A stretch of 63,831 bases of DNA, from the NCBI GenBank assembly GCA_041660305.1, contig JBAZWO010000007.1, positions 1-63,831 on the forward strand, written 5' to 3'. How positions within the stretch are numbered: the stretch's first letter is position 1; each line of letters starts with the position of its first letter. Below, in pieces: positions 29,600-37,575 of this stretch. The notes under the pieces were generated by a model. That model was not told the DNA's origin, did not search any database, and saw only the letters and a list, made by a program, of their open reading frames with translations. The DNA comes from Patescibacteria group bacterium. Lineage in GTDB: Bacteria; Patescibacteriota; Patescibacteriia; UBA9570. Position numbers and translations under genes: made by a program.

Positions 29600-30922
29600 A
29601 TGGATACTGTAGCCATCGTTGGTTTTGGCAGGTTCGGAAAAACACTATACCAATTGTTAAAATACGATTTTAAAATTGTTTTATTTGATACAAACAAAGC
29701 TGTTTTTTATAATTACAAAACCGAATTAAATACTATAATAGCCAAAACCCTCAAAGAGATTTATACTGCTCCTACCATATTTTATGCTGTACCAATTTCT
29801 TCATTTGAACCAATCATCAAGGCACATAAACCATATTTTGCTAATCATTTATTAATTGACGTATTATCGGTAAAACTGCATCCTAAACAAGTTTTCTCAC
29901 GATATTTAAATAATACCCAAACCCAAGCCTTGTTAACTCACCCCTTATTTGGACCCGATAGCAGCCAAGCCGGATTTGCTGGCTTACCACTGGTAATTGA
30001 TAAATTCATGGCCTCTCAACAAAATTATTTATTCTGGAAAAATTATTTTAAAAGTAAACACTTGTGCGTTATTAAACTATCTGCCAAACAACACGATCAA
30101 TTAGCCGCTCAATCGCAAGGCATGGCTCATTTTATTGGCCGCCTCTTAGAACAATATGGCTATCAAACCACGCTTATTGATACATTAGGCGCCACTAAGC
30201 TACATGAAGTAACTAAACAAACTTGTAACGATACCTGGGAATTGTTTCTTAACTTACAAAACTACAACCCTTATACCAAAACCATGCGCCTACGTTTAGG
30301 CCAATCATACGATAAGCTCTATAACAAATTATTACCAAAACGTATTAATCAAAATTATTTGGTATTTGGCATTCAAGGTGGCAAAGGCAGTTTTAATGAG
30401 GAGGCTATTTTGCATTATGCCGCTAAACAGCACATTCACCACCTAAAAATAAAATATCTATACACTTCAGAAAAAGTATTGCGTAATTTACATGCTGGTA
30501 ATATTGATTATGGCGTTTTTGCTATTCAAAATGCTATTGGCGGAGTAGTACAAGAATCTACTTATGCTATGGCCAAATATAAATTCAAAATTATTCATGA
30601 ATTTGCTATTCCAATTAAGCATTTTTTAATGAAAAAAAAGACTAGTAAAAAAGTTACTACTATTATTGCTCATCCTCAAGTATTAAAACAGTGCCAGTCT
30701 ACCTTAAAAAAACATTATGGTTCTTATAAATTGGTTAGCGGTAAAGGCGATTTGGTAGACACCGCTCGTGCCGCTTTGGTATTGGCTAAAAATAAATTAC
30801 CAGGTAATTATGCTATTCTTGGCCCAAAAGGCTTAGCAGACAGGTATAATTTTGAGATTATTGGTAAAAATCTTCAAGACGACAAAACAAACAATACTAC
30901 TTTTTTTGTAGTGAAACGCTAA
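29600..30922 (+). CDS. Fusion of prephenate/arogenate dehydrogenase and prephenate dehydratase domains (no ACT domain)
   Basis: N-terminal VAIVGFGRFGKT Rossmann motif. The C-terminal half has PDT-like motifs IQGGKGSFNEEA, AIQNAIGGVV, AHPQVLKQC and NNTTFFVV. Confidence 0.7.
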   Translation: MDTVAIVGFGRFGKTLYQLLKYDFKIVLFDTNKAVFYNYKTELNTIIAKTLKEIYTAPTIFYAVPISSFEPIIKAHKPYFANHLLIDVLSVKLHPKQVFSRYLNNTQTQALLTHPLFGPDSSQAGFAGLPLVIDKFMASQQNYLFWKNYFKSKHLCVIKLSAKQHDQLAAQSQGMAHFIGRLLEQYGYQTTLIDTLGATKLHEVTKQTCNDTWELFLNLQNYNPYTKTMRLRLGQSYDKLYNKLLPKRINQNYLVFGIQGGKGSFNEEAILHYAAKQHIHHLKIKYLYTSEKVLRNLHAGNIDYGVFAIQNAIGGVVQESTYAMAKYKFKIIHEFAIPIKHFLMKKKTSKKVTTIIAHPQVLKQCQSTLKKHYGSYKLVSGKGDLVDTARAALVLAKNKLPGNYAILGPKGLADRYNFEIIGKNLQDDKTNNTTFFVVKR

Positions 30923-30939
30923 GTGAAAATTATTATTTG

Positions 30940-31013
30940 TGCCCCCAACTGGATTCGAACCAGTGACCGTTCGCTTAAGAGGCGACTGCTCTAACCAACT
31001 GAGCTATGAGGGC
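30940..31013 (-). tRNA. tRNA-Lys (anticodon CUU)
   Basis: Manual cloverleaf: acceptor GCCCTCA/TGGGGGC, anticodon loop CTCTTAA, T-arm ACTGG-TTCGAAT-CCAGT. Confidence 0.88.
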
Positions 31014-31022
31014 CTGCCAGTG

Positions 31023-31094
31023 TGCCCCCGTCAGGAATTGAACCAGAATTTTCAGTTCCGAAGACTGACGTGTTATCCATTACACCACGGGGGC
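31023..31094 (-). tRNA. tRNA-Arg (anticodon UCG)
   Basis: Manual cloverleaf: acceptor GCCCCCG/CGGGGGC, anticodon stem TCAGT/ACTGA, loop CTTCGGA. Confidence 0.85.
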
Positions 31095-31119
31095 AGTTGG
31101 TATAGTCTAGCAAATATAG

Positions 31120-32178
31120 CTATTCTAGCAACTCTTTATGTTCTACGTAGGCTAGCGCCGTTTCTCGATTAATTTCACGCTCTTCATATAAACGCTTTAA
31201 ATCTTGATCTAGTGTATTCATGTGGCTGGCCGATGATGTTTGCATGACTGTTTGAATTTGTGTGATTTTATTTTCTCGAATTAAGTTCGCTACGGCCGGT
31301 GTATTAATTAACACTTCTCGGACAGCTACTCGTCCACCGCCAATCCGTGGTATTAATCGTTGCGACATAACCGCTCGTAATTCAGTAGATAGCTGCAAAC
31401 GAATTTGCTCTTGTTGATACGGTGGAAACACGTCAATAATACGATCAATGGTTTGAGACGAACCTAGTGTGTGCAATGTAGCCAATACTAAATGTCCTGT
31501 TTCAGCTACCGTTAAAGCAGCGGAAATAGTTTCTAAATCGCGCATTTCTCCCACCATAATTATATCCGGATCTTGCCGAACCACATGTTTTAAAGCAGTC
31601 CCGAAAGACAAAAAATCTTTATATAATTCTCGCTGTCGAATAATGCATTGATTCGAAAAAAACACATATTCAATTGGGTCTTCCAGCGTTACAATATGTG
31701 CCCGCCGCGTTTGATTAATATGGTTAATCATAGCCGCTAATGTAGAAGATTTTCCACAACCAGTTGGTCCGGTTACTAAAATCAACCCCTGATGTAAATT
31801 TAATAAATCGTACATTACTTCTGGCACATCTAATTGTTGCATAGTTGGTAAAGTTACTGGAATTACCCGCGCTACCATGCCAATATTGTTACGTGCCCAA
31901 TGAATATTTACACGAAAACGAGCATCGCGTTTTACTTGATACGCAAAATCCAATTCACGCTGCTCTAAAAAGCGCTCTTTTTGTTCTGGCGTAATAACAG
32001 AATACACTAATTCCTCCATGCTAGCCGGGGTTAACGCCGTTTCTTGTTCTACATCTACTAAATTTCCATCTATACGAAATACCGGCTGCCGACCAACAAT
32101 AAAATGTGCATCAGAAGCACCACTAGAAGCGGCTAAAGCCAAAATACTATCGATATGTTCTGTGTTACCTAATGACAT
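31120..32178 (-). CDS. pilT: Type IV pilus retraction ATPase PilT
   Basis: GPTGCGKSST Walker A, MVGEMRD and GHLVLATLHT motifs. Confidence 0.9.
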   Translation of the reverse strand: MSLGNTEHIDSILALAASSGASDAHFIVGRQPVFRIDGNLVDVEQETALTPASMEELVYSVITPEQKERFLEQRELDFAYQVKRDARFRVNIHWARNNIGMVARVIPVTLPTMQQLDVPEVMYDLLNLHQGLILVTGPTGCGKSSTLAAMINHINQTRRAHIVTLEDPIEYVFFSNQCIIRQRELYKDFLSFGTALKHVVRQDPDIIMVGEMRDLETISAALTVAETGHLVLATLHTLGSSQTIDRIIDVFPPYQQEQIRLQLSTELRAVMSQRLIPRIGGGRVAVREVLINTPAVANLIRENKITQIQTVMQTSSASHMNTLDQDLKRLYEEREINRETALAYVEHKELLE

Positions 32179-32228
32179 GGTTTTCTTACTTTCTTTTCTT
32201 TTTGTTTAAAGTGTAGTAATATTTTAGC

Positions 32229-32690
32229 ATGAAAACGATGGTCTGTCAATCTAGTTCTACTGGTATTACTATGGCTTTCGGCAGAAAATTAGGCGAACGT
32301 ATTGATCGTGGTGGTTGTATTTTATTAGAAGGCGAACTAGGCGCTGGCAAAACCACCTTTGTACAGGGACTAGCTCAAGGCTTAGGCATTAATACTCCAA
32401 TTACCAGTCCTACATTTGTATTACTCAATGTTTATCCATTACCACAGTCCAGTCTACTAAAACAGCTAATTCATATCGATCTTTATCGTATCACCGAAGA
32501 AGCTAGCTTGGCTCAACTAGACCTAGAATCATTACAAGCAGACCCAAATAATTTATTAATCATAGAATGGCCGGAACGCAGTATTCAGCCTTGGAAAAAT
32601 GTATTAGGCACGTTAACCTTCACAACAGGCGATTTTAACCATCGTTATATTAAATATGATGGTTTGTTATTACAGTGGTTGGGCGCTTAA
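32229..32690 (+). CDS. tsaE: tRNA t6A37 biosynthesis ATPase TsaE
   Basis: GELGAGKTTFVQG and PTF.L motifs. The exact start is uncertain. Confidence 0.85.
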   Translation: MKTMVCQSSSTGITMAFGRKLGERIDRGGCILLEGELGAGKTTFVQGLAQGLGINTPITSPTFVLLNVYPLPQSSLLKQLIHIDLYRITEEASLAQLDLESLQADPNNLLIIEWPERSIQPWKNVLGTLTFTTGDFNHRYIKYDGLLLQWLGA

Positions 32691-32963
32691 TGCTGGCACC
32701 ACCATGGCTTTCACCCTGGTAAACGTATCCTGCACGATCATTTTATCAGTATTTATAGAAATAATTTGACTTGGTGCCACTTCATACACACTTACACCAA
32801 CCAATGAACGTAGTACCTCTGGTACTAATTTATGTTTGGCTATAAAATATTTAGTAATGGTTTGATGATCAATGTCAATCTCCAGACTTACCACATAACC
32901 TAATAATACATCTATTTCCGTATAAACCGGCAAATTAATGAGTTGTTTGTCCGTTAAGCGCAT
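32670..32963 (-). CDS. Small PRC-barrel-like protein (tentative)
   Basis: ORF track. Overlaps yidC by 29 nt. Weak PRC-barrel-like pattern only. Confidence 0.4.
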   Translation of the reverse strand: MRLTDKQLINLPVYTEIDVLLGYVVSLEIDIDHQTITKYFIAKHKLVPEVLRSLVGVSVYEVAPSQIISINTDKMIVQDTFTRVKAMVVPALSAQPL

Positions 32964-33741
32964 TGGTTTGATTGGTTAATGATTTTTTAACCCGCAAAAA
33001 ATAAAGTTGTTGTCCCAAACTAAATAACGTAGACACCAACCAATACAAAGTTACTCCGGCCGGAAATTGATAACCAAAAACTAGCGTCATAATCGGTAAT
33101 AAATACATCATCTGCTTGTTCATTAAAGTGGCCACGTCTTCATCTTTAGATCCGGCGCTTTTTACTACTGGCCGTTGACTCTGCATGGTTTTGGCTTGAA
33201 AAAAAGCAGCCGCACCAGACAAAATAGCTAACACAATATTATGTTTGGCGGCTAAATCCAAAAAGCCAAACATAGTAATATTAATCGGCTGAACTGAATA
33301 AATTTGCGCTAAATAACCATACAAATGTTGTACTTGGCCAGCTGCCAACAAATGCGTAGTGGGATCTACTTGTAAACCCTGAAAAAAAGCTCGGTATAAC
33401 GCAATTAAAATAGGCAGCTGGATAATCAGCGGCAAACAGGAAGAAAATGGATTAACTTTGTTTTCTTTATAAAATTCCATTAGCTTGCGGCCTTGTTCTT
33501 CTTTGTTGTCTTTATATTTTTTACGAATTTCTTCAATTTTAGGCTGTGTATCCTGTAGTTTTTTTTGTGACTTAAGCGCTGACAATGACGGCCAAAACAA
33601 CAATAACTTAATAAAAATAGTTAACACAATAATAGCTACACCTAAATCATGGCCAGGTAGCACATGATATAAGTAAATCAACCCATTAAAAATAGGTTGG
33701 TAGATGACGATATTATAGAATTGTCCTAATAATGCAAACAT
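32935..33741 (-). CDS. yidC: Membrane protein insertase YidC (short form)
   Basis: Position in the rnpA-yidD-yidC cluster. NPFSSCLP..IQLPI and GVTLYW motifs. Confidence 0.9.
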   Translation of the reverse strand: MFALLGQFYNIVIYQPIFNGLIYLYHVLPGHDLGVAIIVLTIFIKLLLFWPSLSALKSQKKLQDTQPKIEEIRKKYKDNKEEQGRKLMEFYKENKVNPFSSCLPLIIQLPILIALYRAFFQGLQVDPTTHLLAAGQVQHLYGYLAQIYSVQPINITMFGFLDLAAKHNIVLAILSGAAAFFQAKTMQSQRPVVKSAGSKDEDVATLMNKQMMYLLPIMTLVFGYQFPAGVTLYWLVSTLFSLGQQLYFLRVKKSLTNQTNALNGQTTH

Positions 33742-33744
33742 AAA

Positions 33745-33999
33745 TTATTGTTTTGGAATAGGATCGTAGCCGCCTTTGGATAAAGGATTGCAGCGCAAGA
33801 TGCGCCAACTACCTAACCACATCCCCTTAATTAAGCCCAAGCGTTCAATGGCTTGGTAAGTATATTCTGAACAAGTTGGCTGATATTTGCAACCATATCC
33901 AGTAAACGACGCCAACCAACTGTGATCTGGTGATAACCACCGCTGATAACTTTTAATCATTTTTAACGCGATCGTTTGTAAAACTGCTTGTATCCACAT
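33745..33999 (-). CDS. yidD: Membrane protein insertion efficiency factor YidD
   Basis: C.Y.PTCSEY and GGYDP motifs. Confidence 0.9.
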   Translation of the reverse strand: MWIQAVLQTIALKMIKSYQRWLSPDHSWLASFTGYGCKYQPTCSEYTYQAIERLGLIKGMWLGSWRILRCNPLSKGGYDPIPKQ

Positions 34000-34325
34000 A
34001 TGTTCTGTACTGTTAATTGCCAGGCTCTAGCTATAGCTTGGCTCGTGGCCTTAACACAACTAACTTTGGCGATTATTGCTAAATCGAGCGGTGGTACAAA
34101 TTGACTAAGTGTTTTTTTTAATTGTACTCGTAATTGTCGTTTAATACGATTTCTAATCACCGCCTTAACAGAAACGCGCTTGGAAACAATCACTGTAGCT
34201 CTACTAAAACTCTGCTTGGCCGGTGCATACACCACTCGAAATAGGGGTTGATTAACACTTCGCCCCTGTTGATAAAGAGCTTTAATTTCCGCACTGGCTC
34301 TTAGCCGGTGGGCGCGCACTAACAT
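33963..34325 (-). CDS. rnpA: Ribonuclease P protein component
   Basis: Position after rpmH, basic composition, R.KR motif. Confidence 0.85.
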   Translation of the reverse strand: MLVRAHRLRASAEIKALYQQGRSVNQPLFRVVYAPAKQSFSRATVIVSKRVSVKAVIRNRIKRQLRVQLKKTLSQFVPPLDLAIIAKVSCVKATSQAIARAWQLTVQNICGYKQFYKRSR

Positions 34326-34327
34326 GG

Positions 34328-34465
34328 TTAAGCGGTTAAGCGTTTTCGACCTTTAGTGCGCCGGGCTTTAATAACCTTGCGACCAGCTGGTCGAAGCGAT
34401 CGTTTACGAAACCCGTGTATTTTAGACCGAGTTCTTTTTTTTGGTTGATAAGTTCTTTTTGGCAT
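34328..34465 (-). CDS. rpmH: 50S ribosomal protein L34
   Basis: Hand translation gives [45 protein letters not shown]. The listed ORF 34336-34527 is in a different frame. Confidence 0.9.
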   Translation of the reverse strand: MPKRTYQPKKRTRSKIHGFRKRSLRPAGRKVIKARRTKGRKRLTA

Positions 34466-34570
34466 AGCTGGTAGTATAACTTATTTTCCACATCTCGTCC
34501 ACAGCTTGTTAACATTTTTATACACATATAAATTCTGTGTTTAGTTAGGGTGTGATACTATATAGGTTCT
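34466..34570. promoter_or_regulatory. rpmH-dnaA intergenic region with DnaA-box-like 9-mers
   Basis: TTATACACA at 34518-34526, plus TTTTCCACA and TCGTCCACA variants. Confidence 0.55.
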
Positions 34571-35962
34571 ATGGATTCAAAACAACTATGGGAAGCTTGC
34601 TTAGGTGAATTAGAACTAAATTTAACCAAGGCTAATTTTACTACTTGGTTTAAAAATACTTTCGTTTTAGAACATAATGATTCTTCTGTTACTATTGGCA
34701 CACCCAATGCTTTTACCAAGGCCTGGATGGAAAATAAATATCATCAAAAAATTCTTAAATCACTCCAAACCATAACTGAAGGAAAATTAAAACAAGTTTT
34801 TTTCAAAGTGGCGCCTCTCAGTAAAAAAGAAACGTTTGAAATTAAAGCTATTTCCACTAAACCAAATCAATTCACTGGACCGGAAAAACCCATGCCCATT
34901 TCAACACCAGCGCCAATAGCTAAAAAAGCTGATTTACCTCGTTCAGAATTAAACGTCCGCTATGATTTTGAACGTTTTGTCGTAGGCAAAAAAACTGAAT
35001 TAGCCTATGCTGCCTGTAAAGCTGTGAGTGAAAACCCGGCAACGATTTATAATCCTTTGTTTATTTACGGTGGAGTCGGTCTAGGCAAAACTCATTTAAT
35101 GCAAGCCGTTGGCAATGCTTTACTTAAACAAGCTAGCAATAAACGTGTTTTATATACTCCTTGTGAAACTTTCACTAATGAATATATTAAAGCCGTTACA
35201 CTCGGTCAAGCTGATCAGTTTAAAAATAAATATCGTTCAGTTGATATATTATTAATTGATGATATTCAGTTTTTAGCTGGCAAAGAGGGCACACAAGAAG
35301 CTTTTTTTCACACGTTTAATTTTTTACACCAAAACGACAAACAAATAGTCATTACTTCTGATCGCCCACCCAAAGCTATCCCTACTTTAGAGGATCGTCT
35401 AGTATCACGCTTTGAATGGGGTATGATTGTAGATGTAGGAGCGCCAGATTTAGAAACTAGGATTGCTATATTAAAAATTAAATGCAAAGAAAAAAATATT
35501 ACTCTGGCTGATGATATACTTAATTATATTGCCGTATCTGTGCATAATAATATTAGAGAGCTAGAAGGCGCTCTAAATCGAGTAATTGCTGCCACCCAGC
35601 TAACTAATACACCGCCCACTGTGGAAAGCGTTCGTAGTTTATTATCTACTATTATCCAGCCCCCTAAACATAGCGCTTTAACTGGTAAACAAGTTTTATT
35701 GGCTGTGTCTGAGTATTATAGTATTCGGTTTGAAGATTTAATTGGTAGCTCTCGTAAAAAAGAACTGGTAGTGCCTAGACAAATTGCTATGTTTATTATG
35801 CGCGAAGAAGTTGGTTATTCCTATCCAGCCATTGGCAATGAATTGGGTGGCCGTGATCATACTACAGCGATTCATGCTTTTACTAAAATTCAAAAAGCCT
35901 TATCCACTGATGATAAATTATCTCAGGATATCTTGTTAATAAAACAAAAATTATATAATTAA
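34571..35962 (+). CDS. dnaA: Chromosomal replication initiator DnaA
   Basis: GGVGLGKTHL Walker A, LLIDDIQF, and a C-terminal DNA-binding domain (RDHTT). Confidence 0.95.
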   Translation: MDSKQLWEACLGELELNLTKANFTTWFKNTFVLEHNDSSVTIGTPNAFTKAWMENKYHQKILKSLQTITEGKLKQVFFKVAPLSKKETFEIKAISTKPNQFTGPEKPMPISTPAPIAKKADLPRSELNVRYDFERFVVGKKTELAYAACKAVSENPATIYNPLFIYGGVGLGKTHLMQAVGNALLKQASNKRVLYTPCETFTNEYIKAVTLGQADQFKNKYRSVDILLIDDIQFLAGKEGTQEAFFHTFNFLHQNDKQIVITSDRPPKAIPTLEDRLVSRFEWGMIVDVGAPDLETRIAILKIKCKEKNITLADDILNYIAVSVHNNIRELEGALNRVIAATQLTNTPPTVESVRSLLSTIIQPPKHSALTGKQVLLAVSEYYSIRFEDLIGSSRKKELVVPRQIAMFIMREEVGYSYPAIGNELGGRDHTTAIHAFTKIQKALSTDDKLSQDILLIKQKLYN

Positions 35963-36170
35963 TTTTGTGCACAATTTATTAGTGCGCTTTGTGTATAACT
36001 TTTTATCCACTTTTCTTTCCAACTTTACTCACTTATTATTCACCCTAGTTTATATGTTTAACCCTATAACTATTAAGCAAAATAACTTATCCGGATATTA
36101 ACAGGCCTTATTAGTATTATTAGTATATTTTTTATATATATAATAAATTAATTAATCTAGTAGCTATTTT
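35963..36170. promoter_or_regulatory. Candidate oriC (dnaA-dnaN intergenic)
   Basis: TTATCCACT at 36003-36011 and an inverted TTATACACA at 35990-35998. A nearly pure A/T stretch at about 36108-36160 is a possible unwinding element. Confidence 0.6.
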
Positions 36171-37277
36171 ATGAAATTCTCTTGCACAAAAGATAATTTA
36201 AACCAAAGTTTACAAATTGTTAGTCATGTAGCTACTAAACAAACTAATTTACCAATTCTACAAAATGTATTATTACAAGTAGCTGATGGAATTATAAAAT
36301 TATTTACTACTAATTTAGAAATTGGTATTAGAGTAATTGTGCGTGGCAAAGTGGAAACCGCTGGGAATTTTACATTACCAGCGCAGCTGTTTGCTAATTA
36401 TATAAATTTATTAACTACTGAAAGAGTAGATTGCGTTTTGAATGGTAATGAGTTGGCAATTACTTCTGAACAACAACAAACTATCATGAAAGGGCTAGAA
36501 GCTACTGATTTTCCAGTGTTTCCAGAAATTGATCGTAGTTGTAAATATATTATTAATAAACAACGGTTACAGCGCAATTTACAACAAGTAATCATTGCTT
36601 CTGCCTTAGATGAAACTAGGCCAGAAATTGCTGGAGTTTTGTTTTGGTTTAAAGAACGGCAGCTAATTTTAGCTGCCACAGATAGTTATCGGTTAGCAGA
36701 AAAAAAGGGCTTATTAGAAGTAGAAGGTGATCAAGAGTATAAGGTGATTTTACCGTACGCAGCGGCTCAAGAATTATTACGTATTTTAGAAGCCATTGAA
36801 ATAGAACAAGTTGACTTATTTGTTACGGAACATCAATTAGCCTGTGTAATTAAAGATATTGAATTTGTTTCACGTTTGGTAGAAGGAAATTTTCCGGAAT
36901 ATCAACAGATTATTTCTTTACAAGGCAACACGGTGGCTAGATTATTAGTAAAACAGCTAATCAAAGCCATTAAAGGAGCGGCTTTATTTTCACGCCAAGG
37001 CATTAATGATGTTACCCTCACGGTTAACCCAGATAACAATACTATTGAGATTAAAGCAGCTAATATGCAATTAGGTGATAATACTATTATGTTGGCGGCT
37101 AATATCAAGGGACAAGCCGCGTCAATTACTTTTAATTATCGATATATGTTAGAAGGCTTGCAACAAATAGACAGCGCTAATGTTAATATTATTATTATTG
37201 ATGAGATTAGTCCGGTTGTGTTGCAAGCTGAACAACAAACGGACTATGCTTATGTAATTATGCCAATAAAACAATAA
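36171..37277 (+). CDS. dnaN: DNA polymerase III beta sliding clamp
   Basis: 368 aa, position after dnaA, three-domain clamp pattern. Confidence 0.92.
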   Translation: MKFSCTKDNLNQSLQIVSHVATKQTNLPILQNVLLQVADGIIKLFTTNLEIGIRVIVRGKVETAGNFTLPAQLFANYINLLTTERVDCVLNGNELAITSEQQQTIMKGLEATDFPVFPEIDRSCKYIINKQRLQRNLQQVIIASALDETRPEIAGVLFWFKERQLILAATDSYRLAEKKGLLEVEGDQEYKVILPYAAAQELLRILEAIEIEQVDLFVTEHQLACVIKDIEFVSRLVEGNFPEYQQIISLQGNTVARLLVKQLIKAIKGAALFSRQGINDVTLTVNPDNNTIEIKAANMQLGDNTIMLAANIKGQAASITFNYRYMLEGLQQIDSANVNIIIIDEISPVVLQAEQQTDYAYVIMPIKQ

Positions 37278-37281
37278 TCAC

Positions 37282-37575
37282 ATGGCATTATTAGCATTAC
37301 AGCAGCACGATATTATTAAACGCTTAAATCGAGCTGGCGTTACAGAAACCGTACGCGCGGCACAAGTAATAGAAGCCACTAAATTATTTATTAGTAGTGA
37401 ATTGCCAGATTATCATAATGAATTGATCCCACAATATGTTCGACAGCAGGTTTTAGTGATTCAATCAGCCAACTCTATTGCGGCACATTTATTGAAACAA
37501 CAAGAAACCTTGTTGTTTCAATATATTAAACAAGCTTGTTCGGTTACTATTCAACGTCTTCAATTTAAAATATAA
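37282..37575 (+). CDS. DUF721/DciA-like protein
   Basis: 97 aa directly after dnaN. The pattern ...QVLVIQSANSIAAHLL... resembles DUF721 (the DciA helicase-operator family). Confidence 0.6.
   Translation: MALLALQQHDIIKRLNRAGVTETVRAAQVIEATKLFISSELPDYHNELIPQYVRQQVLVIQSANSIAAHLLKQQETLLFQYIKQACSVTIQRLQFKI

Noticed and set aside
30939-31172. 77-aa plus-strand ORF in the track.
   Set aside because: It is made entirely of the antisense of two tRNA genes (tRNA-Lys 30940-31013 and tRNA-Arg 31023-31094), so it is spurious.
34336-34527. 63-aa minus-strand ORF listed where rpmH is expected.
   Set aside because: It is in the wrong frame. Hand translation of the neighbouring frame gives a textbook L34 (34328-34465), and the listed ORF has no recognisable similarity.
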